Shown one piece after another: positions 32,338-43,482 of a stretch of 64,000 bases of DNA. The stretch covers positions 1,612,001-1,676,000 of the forward strand of contig OZ251222.1 of assembly GCA_965240325.2 (NCBI GenBank), read 5' to 3'. Under the pieces are notes generated by a model. That model was not told where the DNA came from, did not search any database, and saw only the letters and a list, made by a program, of their open reading frames with translations. The translations under genes and the position numbers were made by a program. The DNA is from Rebecca billardiae RCC1528. Its lineage: Eukaryota; Protista; Haptophyta. Position 1 is the first letter of the stretch. Each line of letters begins with the position of its first letter.

Positions 32338-33762
32338 TTGCGCCTGCGCGCGCTCGGCCTGCGCGGCGCGCACCGCCTCCTCGCTGCTGGACGCGGACGA
32401 GGCGGACGCGCCCTTCGCCTCCTCCAGCTGCCGCTGCGCCTCGGCCGCAGCCGCGCGAGACGTCTCCAGCTCGGCGGCTGCCGCGGCCGCAGCAGCCGAC
32501 GAGGCCGCGACCGCCGCCTCGGCATCCGCCGCGGCCTTCTCCGCGCGCTGCTCAGCGGCCTCGCGCGCGGCCTGGGCCGACTGCAGCTCCGCGCGCACCG
32601 ACTCGGCCTCGGCAGTGGCGGCAGCAAGCCCAGCCCGCGCCTCGGCAAGCGCGCTGGCGTCCGACTCGTTCTGCTCTCCGGCAGCGCGCGCACTCTCGAG
32701 CTCGGTGCGCAGGGCGGCGAGCTCGCCGTCCTTGGCCTGCGCCGCCGTGGCACTGCTCGCCGCCTCGGCCTTGGCCGCCTCGAGCTGCTGCTGCAGCTCG
32801 GCGGCCGCGCCGCCCGCAGACTTGGCGGCGTCGAGCTCGGTGCGCAGGGCGGCGAGCTCGCCGTCCTTGGCCTGCGCCGCCGTGGCACTGCTCGCCGCCT
32901 CGGCCTTGGCCGCCTCGAGCTGCTGCTGCAGCTCAGCGGCTGCGCCGCCCGCAGACTTGGCGGCGTCGAGCTCGGTGCGCAGGGCGGCGAGTTCACTGTC
33001 CTTCGATGAAGCAGAAGCTGCGGCTGCCGCCGCCGCCGCCAGGGCCGCGTCAAGCTGTTGCTTCAGATCGGTCGCCGCCTCCGCGTCCGCTTTGGCCGCC
33101 TCGAGCTGCTGCTGCAGCTCAGCGGCTGCGCCGCCCGCAGACTTGGCTGCGTCGAGCTCGGTGCGCAGGGCGGCGAGCTCGCCGTCCTTGGCCTGCGCCG
33201 CCGTGGCACTGCTCGCCGCCTCGGCCTTGGCCGCCTCGAGCTGCTGCTGCAGCTCAGCGGCCGCGCCGCCCGCAGACTTGGCGGCGTCGAGCTCGGTGCG
33301 CAGGGCGGCGAGCTCGCCGTCCTTGGCCTGCGCCGCCGTGGCACTGCTCGCCGCCTCGGCCTTGGCCGCCTCGAGCTGCTGCTGCAGCTCGGCGGCCGCG
33401 CCGCCCGCAGACTTGGCGGCGTCGAGCTCGGTGCGCAGGGCGGCGAGTTCACTGTCCTTCGATGAAGCAGAAGCTGCGGCTGCCGCCGCCGCCGCCAGGG
33501 CCGCGTCAAGCTGTTGCTTCAGATCGGTCGCCGCCTCCGCGTCCGCTTTGGCCGCCTCGAGCTCGAGCTGGAGGAGCTCGGCCTGCGTGCGACTTTCCTC
33601 CGCGCTCGACTCGAGCTTCTTCTGCAACGCCTCGAGCTCCGAGCGGTGTTGCGCCTCGGTGCTCGCCAGGCGGGCGGACATCTCGTCGATCTGCTCGCGC
33701 TGCTTGACCAGCTCGGCCTCGATCGCCTCCTTGGACGCGCTGCTGCTCTCTGCTTCGGACAT
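30597..33762 (-). CDS. Long Ala/Glu/Gln-rich coiled-coil protein with internal repeats
   Basis: ATG at 33762 (MSEAESSSASKEAIEAEL...); exon 33762-30892, intron 30891-30693 (GT-AG, phase 0), exon 30692-30597. Heptad-rich throughout. Confidence 0.8.
30852..30874. repeat. 23-nt poly-C tract (poly-G in the transcript) inside an intron
   Basis: Read directly from the sequence. Confidence 0.85.
32698..33562. repeat. Nested coding tandem repeat: 135-bp (45-aa) units within a duplicated 456-bp (152-aa) block
   Basis: CTCGGTGCGCAGGGCGGCGAG occurs at 32701, 32836, 32971, 33157, 33292 and 33427 (spacings 135, 135, 186, 135, 135). Confidence 0.9.
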
Positions 33763-35216
33763 GGCGGCCGCGCGCGCCGATCGGGCGCAAGAGCTCCACA
33801 CGCGGAGGCGGGCGGACGCCAACTCGCAGGCCTGGCGGTGGCTACAGTAGAGGCGGGGGCGCCCGGCGCCGCAGCCAGACCCACCCGGCACGCGGTCACC
33901 CAGCTGGCCAGCTCGTCAGCCTCTTTGTGCAGCGGCGTGTGTGCTGCGCTGTTCGTGCGTGCGCACGCGCGTACGCGCGAGAGGGCTCTGAGGCGGTGGA
34001 AGCAAGCATCGGATTCGTCTCATCTCTTGCGAGCTGCGAGCCACCGCGCTCGTCAGCATCAAGGCAGTGCTCTCGCGTGTGTGCATGTGCCCTGTTGGGA
34101 GGCGGAGCATGCGCGCGCGGCGTCAGCGCGCGCGGCACCACAGGCGCGAGCGAGCGAGCCGCTGCCCTACGTAAAGCGTCAATGGTGCTCAACATGCGAG
34201 CTCGTGCCCAGCGCGCTTCAAGGCAGGGTGGGCGGGCCGGTATCGCGCGTAGCGGAAAGCGTCGCACGCGAGTGAGCGGAGCCGTGGCGGTGAGCCCAGC
34301 AGTAGGGCAGCTGCCTGAGAGCAGCTGTCCTGAGCGCGCCCCACTGAGGCCCAAAGGCGGCGCCAGGCTCAGGGCAGGATAAGTTCTGCTGCCCTCAGGG
34401 CAGTCTAAGGCCGGGGCAAGCCCTGGCCGTACCAGATGGGCCTGCCAAGGACCGCCCGCCGCCCGGGCGAGTGCCGCGTCGCCGCACCACGGCGTGCAGC
34501 TTGCTCGTCGCCAGCAACAATGTAGACACTGATGACTAAGCTGCGCCCGCTCGCGGGTGCTCTCACGACTAGTCACAAGGAGTGACTTGCGGGAGTAGCC
34601 CGATGCAGGCTCCGTATGCACACGGTGTACGGGGCCATCCTACGATACCATGAAGAGCTCCCCTTCGCGCATATTCCGCTCGTTACCGCGGATGCGAAGA
34701 AGGGTCGCGAAGAGTACTCGCTCAGCTGGGACGGCCAGTGCTGTGTAGCATGTTAGTGGCCCGCGATCACGGCGGAACGGCATCATACCGTAGTCGCATT
34801 CCCCGCCCCACCATCAATGATCAAGCCACATCGCCGCGAGGCGCGAGCTTTTCTGTGGGGCCAACTGTGCGTGCACGGACGGATCTCGTCGAGAGTCTCT
34901 TGACTGTGATCCAGGCTGCACGCTGAGGGCTGATCAGGACACACAGACGACTACCGTCGCTCGGCGCTCGCGGTTTCCATCGCGCGGGTTTGCGCGGCCG
35001 TCGGCCGGCTTCTCAGGCACTCAGCTCCTGCCGACCGGCCGTACAGGCGTACACCTACGAATCGATCCGAGCATCCGATTGGACGATCTTCCGGTTTGAT
35101 CCAGCCGTGGTCCCGGCGGCGGCGGCCGGCTCGGCCAGTGAACTCGGTGCGGTTCTACGAAGTCGCTGGGTCCAGGCCGAGGGGCGAGCAGCGACCGCCT
35201 CGAAGCGTCACGCGCG

Positions 35217-36305
35217 ATGCCACTGCCGACGGTGCTCTCCGCGTCGGTGTTCGTTCTCGGGGTGGCGGTGGGGCCGTCGGCGAGCCGCCTCGCGGGCCAG
35301 CCAGCCCCTAGCGTCTCGTCTGGACGACCGCTGGCCACACCGCCGACGATCGACATCTCGCCCATCGTGCGCGCGTACGACGACGGGTCCGCGCTGGACG
35401 AGCACACGGTCGCGGCGATCCGGGACGCGTGCTCGACGTGGGGCTTCTTCCTGATCAAGGGGCACGGTGTGGACCGCGAGCTCGTGTCACGCTTCTACTT
35501 GCAGAAGGCCGCGTTCTTCGCCCTGCCGAAGGAGACCAAGCGCAAGATCAAGCGCTCGTCTGAGAACTCGAAGGGTTGGTACGACGACGAGCTCACAAAG
35601 AACCGTGTCGACTGGAAGGAGGGGCTGGACGTGGGTGCACAGGAGGGCCTGCTGGACGGCCGCGGGCTGGATGGGTACAACCAGTGGCCGGACGACTCGT
35701 TTGGCCTCCCGCACTTCGAGTCGACCGTGCGGGAGTACTACGACGAGTCGCTCCGCGTGTCGCGCGTGCTGCTGCGCGCGATGGCGGCCGGGCTGGGGAT
35801 GCCGGCGGAGCACTTCGACGAGGACTTCGCCCGGCACACGAGCTACCTCCGTATGAACTACTACCCGCGCTGCCCCAGGCCCGCCGAGCACATGTGCATC
35901 TCGCCGCACACCGACGCGGGCGCGCTCACGGTGCTCTCGCAGAGCAACGTGCAGTCGCTGCAGGTGGAGAAGGACGGCGAGTGGTTCGACGTGCCGCCTG
36001 TCGAGGGCGCGTTCGTGATCAACACGGGGGATGTGATGCAGGTGTGGTCGAATGGGCTGTACAAGGCGCCACTCCACCGCGTCATCGCACACGAGGACAA
36101 GGAGCGCTACTCCTCGCCCTTCTTTCTCAACCCCAACTACGACTGCGACTATGCGCCCATCCCGTCGTGCGTGAGCGCGGACCGGCCGGCGCGGTATCGG
36201 GCAATCAACTGGGGGCGCTTCCGCATGGCGCGGTTCGCGGGCGACTTCGCCGACGTGGGCGCCGAGACGCAGATCTCCGACTTCGAGATCCCGCGGGCCC
36301 CATGA
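35217..36305 (+). CDS. 2-oxoglutarate/Fe(II)-dependent dioxygenase (isopenicillin N synthase/DIOX-like family)
   Basis: DIOX_N segment PTIDIS...ACSTWGFFLIKGHGV...FFALPKETK; iron ligands HTD...H (HTDAGALT, LHRV); 2OG-binding RYS. Hydrophobic N-terminal leader. Intronless. Confidence 0.93.
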   Translation: MPLPTVLSASVFVLGVAVGPSASRLAGQPAPSVSSGRPLATPPTIDISPIVRAYDDGSALDEHTVAAIRDACSTWGFFLIKGHGVDRELVSRFYLQKAAFFALPKETKRKIKRSSENSKGWYDDELTKNRVDWKEGLDVGAQEGLLDGRGLDGYNQWPDDSFGLPHFESTVREYYDESLRVSRVLLRAMAAGLGMPAEHFDEDFARHTSYLRMNYYPRCPRPAEHMCISPHTDAGALTVLSQSNVQSLQVEKDGEWFDVPPVEGAFVINTGDVMQVWSNGLYKAPLHRVIAHEDKERYSSPFFLNPNYDCDYAPIPSCVSADRPARYRAINWGRFRMARFAGDFADVGAETQISDFEIPRAP

Positions 36306-36920
36306 GCACGTGATGCGGCTTCAACGGCACTGCTGATCGTCCATCATGTTAAATGACTACTTATTTAAAAATTATTATTGTTATTATTATTACATTATTC
36401 GACTATATATATATATTATATTCATCGCGTGATTATCGTCAGCGCATGCAGATTCGGACCGATGCCGCCGATGGCGATGCTGACGCAGTTAGTACTAGCG
36501 CTACTCACGCAATGGCATGGTGCCACGTTCGCTGCCGCCAGTGTCTGCTGTCGCTGTCGCCTGTCCGTGTCACCGTGTGGGCCACCCGTGAGTCATACCA
36601 CCATCACACCGTGAGGCCTGAGGGCGGCAAGGCGTACCGCGACCTGCGTTAGCGAACAGATCAGCGTCGCCGACAGAGCACCGCGCGGCGCGGCGGCAGG
36701 GTGTGGTCCTCCACGGCCTCGTCGCGTGCTCCACCGAGCCGGCGAGGTGGCCGCCACCGCACGACACGCGAGGATCGCGCGTGCGCGCACGGCGGCTCAC
36801 CGCGCTGTCCGGTGCCAGCGACGGCCCGCGGCGCGCCCAGCGCGCGCGCGCGCTCGACAACGCCTCGCGCCCGTGTTGGCGCGCGCGCGCGAGCTGCGCG
36901 GCTGGGTAGCGCTGGATGAG

Positions 36921-38615
36921 TCACGCCGCTCCGACGGTGTGCGTGTCCGCCCCCGCCGCGGAGAGCACGGCGCAGCTCGCGGCGATCGACGGCAGGAGCC
37001 GCTGGCTAGTCTCGCGCACGCCCTCGAAGCCGCGCACGCCCGTCGGCGCGGGCACGGGCACGAGCTGCGCGTCGTCGGCGTCGGCCCCCGGAGGGGGAGA
37101 TCTGAACGTGCGCGTCGTGAGGAGCACGGTCGCGTCCTGCGGCGCGAAGACCTTGAGCAGCCGCTCGGCGAACTCCGGCGTGGCGTACGCCGGGTGGTTC
37201 GTCTCGAACGAGGCGAAGCTCATCTGCGGCTCGGGCGTGATGTGGATCGTGAAGTACGCGCCGCCCTCGATCCCGTTGAGCGAAAAGCCGCACGGCTCAA
37301 AGCACCAGGAGTCGAGGTGCACGCCTGGCATCAGGCCCTGGATGCCACACGCCTTCGCGACCGCGGGCGGGTCCGCTGCGCGCGCCGCGCCCTCCTCGCC
37401 GTCGTAGAAGAAGTGGCGCGTGAACTCGGGCGAGAGACCCTCCATCGCCACCTCGATCACCGTCTCCGCAGCGCCCGCCGCCTCCGCCGGCGCCGCGACA
37501 GCGTCCGCGTTTGCTCTCGAGCCCGCGCTCCGCTCGGCGCGCTCCGCCAGCTCGGCCGAGGGCTCGTTGGGCGCATCGAGGAGGGGCGCGGCGGCGGCGA
37601 GCTCGGCCGCGCGCGCGAGGGCCTCCTCGTCCACGCCCTGCAGCTCACGGCCGCGGATGTCCACGGCCCACACGTGCCAGCACCGCGCCATGTTCAGGTC
37701 CGCCTCGCCCGCCTTGCCCGCCGCCACCGTCACCGTCGCGCCGTCGTCCGCGGCTGCTCTCTGCGCACCAGGCGCGGGGTCCTCGCCGGCGAGCGTCGAC
37801 GCCCGGCCGCCCGGGTAGATCTCGTCGAGGCGTGCTCTCTCGGAGTGGAAGGAGCGGTGGGGCTCGAACTGCTCGTCCGGGAACTTGTAGCGGTAGTGGC
37901 CATACTGCGCGGCCACCGAAGCGTGCGCGGCGGGCGGGAGCGTGCGAGGTGCGCGAGTGAGCAGGCTGGCCACGCGGAGCGCGCAGGCAGGCGTCGTCGT
38001 GGTGCGACGCGTTGAGGGCGCGTGCGCGGCAGCGCGGCGGCGCGCGAGCACGCACCGTCAGCTCCGCGGGCTCGAGGCCGAGCACCTTGCCCAGCGCGCA
38101 GAGGTGCGGCACGAGCTCGAGCAGCGTCGTCTGGCCGCACGTCTTCGCAATCACGCGGTCCGCGAACACAAACAGGCTCGACTCCGAGAGCAGGTACGCG
38201 TCGCAGGAGGCGTTCGAGACGCGGTGCAGGATGGAGCACTTCGCGTCGGTCAGGATCTTGGTCCACGCTGGCTCGGACACGCGGCGGAAGCCTCCGCCTG
38301 CGCCGGCATGCGCATCGAACCGCATGTCCTGCGCGCGCGCGCACCGCGCCGCGCAGAACGCCGGCATGCGCGTGAGCAGCCGCGCGCGCGCGGCCGTGCA
38401 GGCTCGGGGCCAGCCCAGACAGTCGAGCACACGCGAGCACTCCGCACAGGCGGGCAGCTCGCGGACGTCGCCCAGCCCCAGGGCCACGTGTGCACGTGCC
38501 GTCTGCGCACGCGATGCAGATACCGCGCTTGCGCGCGCACCAGCTTCTTCTCAGGGCCCTCGAAGTGGAACACATCCGCCGCGGACACGACCGCCATGTC
38601 GTCGATGACCGTCAT
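36921..38615 (-). CDS. SAMDC: S-adenosylmethionine decarboxylase proenzyme (eukaryotic class)
   Basis: FEGPEKKL; DAYLLSE/SSLFV (pyruvoyl autocleavage site); KTCGQTTLL; FEPCGFSLNG; TIHITPE...FASFETN. Exons 38615 (or 38597)-38541, 38328-38056 and 37904-36921, all phase 0. Confidence 0.93.
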
Positions 38616-39134
38616 CGATGCTCGTCAGCGAACGCGCTGCGAGCGGCGGCAAGCGTGCCCCCCCCTAACGCTCCTCCCCCTCCCTAGGCGCGTGGCCGAC
38701 ACGATCTGCCGACGCACTCCACGCGATGATGATGCACAGCTTCGTCCACGCGACGCCAACCGGGATCCTGAATCCCAACGCCCAGGACCAGGACCCCGCA
38801 TCGGCGGGCGTCTCGAAGCTTTCGGACTGCAAGCCGAGGAACCTTTCTTTGACATGAGCTGGGGCAGCCCATACGAGAATGACACTACGCTCTCAGGCTA
38901 TGAAAAGAATACGGTTACCTATCCAAGCTTTCAAGCAAGGCCCGTCATTCATCGAACATTTGCCATTGGGCTTGAACGGCAGTATGAGAATAGCAAATCG
39001 GTTACTCCGGCACAATAAGCCGAGCAGGCGAGCTGGTACTACCGACGTGTGCCGGTCTGCCTGCGTAGGTAAAGTCGCCGAGACACGCGGTGGTGACGAC
39101 GAGAGATGCGGGAGCGCGTCGCGCTGGCGCGCTC

Positions 39135-40374
39135 ATGAGCGTGAGCGATGTGGTCAAACGCTTCAGCGGCTTCTCCCTGTCGGCGCTGTTGCGCGTCCTG
39201 CGAACGTACCTGCCCACGAAGCGAGGTCGGCTGACCGCGTCTGGCGCCTGCTCGATCATCGCCGTCACCATCTGCGCCGCAGCGACGTCGGCGCTCTCTC
39301 TCGTCGAGCAGCTGCTCTACTCCGCGCGCCTCGCGAAGACGCCGGAGCCGAGCGCGCCCCTGTTCGTGCTCGGGTACTTTCGCTCGGGCACAACAATGGC
39401 GATCAATGCTGTCACCGCCAGCTCCCGGCACGTCACCTACCTCCCGCTCTTCGTCGCATACTTCCCGCACACGAGCCTGGTCCTGCGACCGATCCGGTAC
39501 ATGATTGGCCGCTGGTGGCTCGGCGAGCTGCGAGAAGGTGACGCGGTCGACGAGGGGGTGGACTCGCCGGTCGAGGACGATCACGGGCTCATGCTCATCA
39601 ACGGCTCAGGCACCTACGGCCAGACGCTCTTCCTCACGGCAAGCGTGACGCCGACCGCCTTCTGCAGCCATGTCGTTGCCGCCGCGCCGCCCGACGAGCA
39701 GGAACGTTTCTTCGCGAGCATGGACATCCTGCTCAAACGCGCGGTGGCATACAACGCGCTTGGGGATCCGAGCTCGACCGACAGGCTGATGTGCCTCAAG
39801 TCGTGCTCCCACACGTGCCGCATGCTCGCGCTGTCGCAGCACTACCCCGGTGCGTCCGCCTCCCGCCCATTCACCTGCGCTCCTGGCGGGCTCTGCGCTC
39901 CGCTCACCGACCCCTGCCGTGCCCCGTCCGGCGCAAGCAGGTGCGCGGTTCCTGTACGTCCACCGTCACCCGTACGACGTGTACCGCTCCATGGTGCCGC
40001 ACCTGCGCTCGTGGGACCAGCACACGACGCTGGACAACGCGAACGACGCGACGCTCCGGGAGGCGACGCTCACGTGGTACGAGTGGTTCATAGATGCTTA
40101 CCTCGACCAGCGCGCGCGGCTGCCGCCGGAGACCCGGCTGGTAGAGATGAGCTACGACGAGCTCACGCGCGACAGTGAGGCTGCCATGCTTCGCATCGGC
40201 GAAGCACTGGGTGTGCCGATCGACCGCGCAGCGCTCTCAGCGCACTGCGCCTCCCTGAAGGGCTACCGTCGAAATCAGCACCCGCCCTTGTCCCCCGACG
40301 AGAAGGCGCTGCTGCAGCTGCGCTGGGCCCGAGCGTTCGAGGCGTTCGGTTACTCGCGTGAAGCTGATGGCTGA
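39135..40374 (+). CDS. Sulfotransferase (Sulfotransfer_3 / Stf-like, membrane-anchored)
   Basis: 5'-PSB loop PLFVLGYFRSGTT, LKSxxHxxR and 3'-PB YPGARFLYVHRHPYDVYRS. Exons 39135-39849 and 39941-40374 (GT-AG, phase 1). Confidence 0.88.
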
Positions 40375-40466
40375 AATCGTCAGAGTCAATCTAGTCATTT
40401 TCTTATTAGCTTACTATCTACTATCTAGTTATTATCTTATTGGCTGCGGCGAAGTCCTCCTCTCGC

Positions 40467-41573
40467 TCACTCGCTCAGTGCGGGGTAGTCCGAGTACCCG
40501 CGCGCCCCTCCGGCGTAGAAGAACTCGGGGTCGGGCTCCGCAAGTGCCCTGCCCGCGCGCAGTCGCGCCACGAGGTCGGGATTGGCGATGAAGGGCCGGC
40601 CAAAGACGGGGAAGTCGACGAGACCCTGCTCGAGCAGACGCTGCGCCTTGGCGAGGTCGAGCTGGCCCGCGGCGAGCAGGTTGCCCTGCACCTGGCGCCG
40701 GAGCGTGGGCAGCACGCCCTCCGCCGCGCCCGAGTTGTTCAGCTCAGCGGAGAACGCGTCGGGCAGCATCACGTGCACGTACGCCATCTCATGCGTCGGC
40801 AGCGCGCCGAGCAGCACGCCGTGCGTCTCCATCGGCGCCTCGTCCACGAGGTCGTTGAACATGTGCCCCGGGCTGATGCGCATGCCCGTGCGGCCTGCGC
40901 CGATGGCCTCGCTTACGGCGGCGTACGTCTCCACCGCCAGACGCACGCGCTTGCCCGCGCTGCCGCCGTACTCGTCGGTCCGCAGGTTGGTGTTCGTGGA
41001 GAGGAACTGGTGCAGCAGGTACCCGTTGGCGGCATGCAGTTCCACGCCGTCGAACCCGGCGGCGACGGCGTTCTTGGCGGCGGTGACGAACTCGTCGATG
41101 ACCCCCGGGATCTCCGACGTCTCGAGGGCGCGCGGCGTGCCCATGGGCACCATCCCGCCCGCCTTGTCGCTGTACATCTCAGGCCAGCCCGGAGGCACAG
41201 CGGATGGCGCTACGGGATCGTCCGGAATCTGGCGGTTGTCCTTGTGAGCCACGCGGCCCGCGTGCATGATCTGGCAGAACATCTTGCCTCCCTTGGCGTG
41301 CACAGCGTCGGTGATCGCGCGCCACGCGCCGATCTGCTCGTCCGTGTGGATGCCAGGCGTGCGCGGGTAGCCCTGGCCTGCATAGCTCGGCTGCACGCCC
41401 TCCGAGATGATCAGCCCGGCAGACGCGCGCTGCGAGTAGTAGTCGAGCATGGGGGGTGTCGGGACACCCATCGGGTCCGCGCGGCTGCGCGTGAGCGGCG
41501 CCATGATGATGCGGTTGGAGAGTGATACCGCGCCGAGGCGCGCGGGCGCGAAAAGCGCGGACGAGGCCGACAT
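40467..41573 (-). CDS. Old yellow enzyme family NADH:flavin oxidoreductase (NemA/OPR-like ene-reductase)
   Basis: NRIIMAPLTRSRA, YYSQRASAGLIISEG, GFDGVELHAANGYLLHQFL...TNLRTDEYGGS, FGRPFIANPDL, GYSDYP. Intronless. Confidence 0.95.
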   Translation of the reverse strand: MSASSALFAPARLGAVSLSNRIIMAPLTRSRADPMGVPTPPMLDYYSQRASAGLIISEGVQPSYAGQGYPRTPGIHTDEQIGAWRAITDAVHAKGGKMFCQIMHAGRVAHKDNRQIPDDPVAPSAVPPGWPEMYSDKAGGMVPMGTPRALETSEIPGVIDEFVTAAKNAVAAGFDGVELHAANGYLLHQFLSTNTNLRTDEYGGSAGKRVRLAVETYAAVSEAIGAGRTGMRISPGHMFNDLVDEAPMETHGVLLGALPTHEMAYVHVMLPDAFSAELNNSGAAEGVLPTLRRQVQGNLLAAGQLDLAKAQRLLEQGLVDFPVFGRPFIANPDLVARLRAGRALAEPDPEFFYAGGARGYSDYPALSE

Positions 41574-41672
41574 CGCGACGACAGCGAGGCTGATCGCCGA
41601 CGCTGCAAGGGCTGCGGAGCGCGGCCCGGTTCCTCAGAGGGCTGGAGTCGCCGGAGCCCGGACGGCGGCAAG

Positions 41673-42488
41673 ATGGCGGGCGATTGCATTCGCGAGGTGC
41701 TGCGCGGCGTTGCAGTGATCATGCTGCTGCCGGTGAGGATCGTGGCCCAGACGCTCGCGGAGCTGGTCGCGTTTTTGGCCTGCTTCCTGGTGGGCACCCT
41801 CTCGAGCGATGCCATTCCGCAACCGCGCCTCCTCCGCGCGGTCGTGCGCGCGGTCGTGCCTCCAGCTTGTCGCGTCGTGCTTTGGTCCGTTGGCATGTGG
41901 CACGTGCGCGTTCGCGGCACCCGTGCACACACGCAACTCGTCGTCAGCAACCACGTGAGCATCCTCGACGGTTTCGTGCTGACGGCCGTGCTCGGCGCAC
42001 CTGCCTTCGTCGCGCGCGAAGAGGGCCTCTCTCGCCTGCCGATCTACTCGACTATCCTCTCTGCGATGCAGCTCGTCTTCGTCAATCGGCGGAGCGCGAG
42101 CTCTCGTTCGAGCGCAGCGCGGGCGCTTGTAGAACGTCTGACGAGCCCTGCGCCCTGGCCTCCGCTCGTCGTCTTCCCGGAGGGCACGACGAACGGAGGG
42201 AGCCGGACTCTGCTCCCGTTTCGCACGGGCGCTTTCCGCGCACCCGTTCCGTGCCAGCCCGTGGTGCTGACCTACCCGGAGACGGCCTTCCCGGAGGCGG
42301 AGGGCCTGCTCGCCGAGCTGAAGCTGATCGCACGGCTCATGCTCATGCTGCGTACGCCGTGCACCGTAGACCTGCTCCCGCCGCACGTGCCCACGCCGGA
42401 GGAGTGCGCTGAGCCGAGCAAGTACGCGGAGGCCGTGCGCGCGCAGATGATGCAGGAGCTCGGCAGCGCTCCACGAGCCGCAAGGTGA
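41673..42488 (+). CDS. Lysophospholipid acyltransferase (LPCAT/LPEAT-like, PlsC fold)
   Basis: Motif I VVSNHVSILD (NHxxxxD), VFVNR, motif III VFPEGTT, LPFRTGAF...PCQPVVL, plus an N-terminal TM. The start could alternatively be ATG 41721. Confidence 0.9.
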   Translation: MAGDCIREVLRGVAVIMLLPVRIVAQTLAELVAFLACFLVGTLSSDAIPQPRLLRAVVRAVVPPACRVVLWSVGMWHVRVRGTRAHTQLVVSNHVSILDGFVLTAVLGAPAFVAREEGLSRLPIYSTILSAMQLVFVNRRSASSRSSAARALVERLTSPAPWPPLVVFPEGTTNGGSRTLLPFRTGAFRAPVPCQPVVLTYPETAFPEAEGLLAELKLIARLMLMLRTPCTVDLLPPHVPTPEECAEPSKYAEAVRAQMMQELGSAPRAAR

Positions 42489-42864
42489 TGGGAGTGCGCG
42501 CGCAGCCTCAGCATGTGAGCATGGCACCGCCGGGCCGAACGCAGCTCGGGTCGTGCGTTCGGGTCGCAGTGTCTTTTGGCTCACGACGCGCGGACGTGAT
42601 GAGAGTCCGTCCCCGGACTCCAGACTACTGCGACGGTCCTGCCTGAACAAGTGCCTGCCTGCCTTGCCTGGGGCTGGGCCCAGTGTTGAGTTCCCCAGCG
42701 AATGCTCGGCGGACGAAACACAATCTTGGGCGGAAGAATCGGACGAGGACCGCCATCGTGTCTTGAGCTCTTGGCGGAGCCAGTAGATTCACTGGCTCCG
42801 CGCGCCTCCGCTGTGAAACAAGGCCACGACCTACAGCCCTTCCGCCACCTCCCGCGCTGCCGGG

Positions 42865-43482
42865 ATGGTGTTCGAGCGCGTTGGTCGCTTTCTGCGACGC
42901 ACATTCCAAGGCACGCGCGCGGTCCCAGTCGTACAAAGGCCACCTTTGCACCGCGCGTCCCGTCTCCTGCGCGCATCACGCTTCCACGCCCCCGGACCTC
43001 GCCCCGGCACGTGTGCGCAGCCGACAGCCCAACGCCACCAGCGGACAGAGGACGAGGGCAGCCGCACCCCTTCGAGCTGCCGCCGACAGAACCACGCACA
43101 GAACCACGCACACAACCACGCAAACGCAGGTGCGCCCCTATGCGCGGCCACCCATTGCATGGTGCCGGGTGCATCAAGACGCGCGGTGGCCTCACATAAT
43201 CTCATGCCCTGTTGCAACCCTCCCCGCAGTGCTCCCACACCACCAGCGCTGGAACCAAATACATCGGCGTTGGAACACCTACACACGCACCTTCTGGACG
43301 CCGTTGTGGAGGAGAGGTTGGATGGGAGCGGCGGCGTGCAGATGCCCATGGATGGGCAGGGCGTGCGTGTCGTCGACGAGGATGGCGACGTGGCCAATGA
43401 GCTGTTTGTCGAGGCGGATGCTGGGGGCTTCCGCCGTGTCCACGGGAAAGAGCTCCCACCACTGCCCAATAACGGCTTGTGA
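42865..43482 (+). CDS. Small TUSC2/FUS1-like protein
   Basis: The model 42865-42910, 43021-43129, 43230-43482 (GC-AG then GT-AG introns) is in phase. The C-terminal DEDGDVANELFVE...FRRVHGKEL resembles the conserved TUSC2 motif DEDGDLAHEFYEE...LRRVHKNL, recalled from memory. Confidence 0.5.
   Translation: MVFERVGRFLRRTFQGTRAVPVVQRPPLHRASRLLRASRFHAPGPRPGTCAQPTAQRHQRTEDEGSRTPSSCRRQNHAQNHAHNHANAGAPLCAATHCMVPGASRRAVASHNLMPCCNPPRSAPTPPALEPNTSALEHLHTHLLDAVVEERLDGSGGVQMPMDGQGVRVVDEDGDVANELFVEADAGGFRRVHGKELPPLPNNGL

Noticed and set aside
35217-36305. Prolyl 4-hydroxylase serving the nearby extensin-like stalk
   Set aside because: The motifs (DIOX_N, HTD...H...RYS) are IPNS/DIOX-type, not P4H-type, which uses a lysine for 2OG binding.
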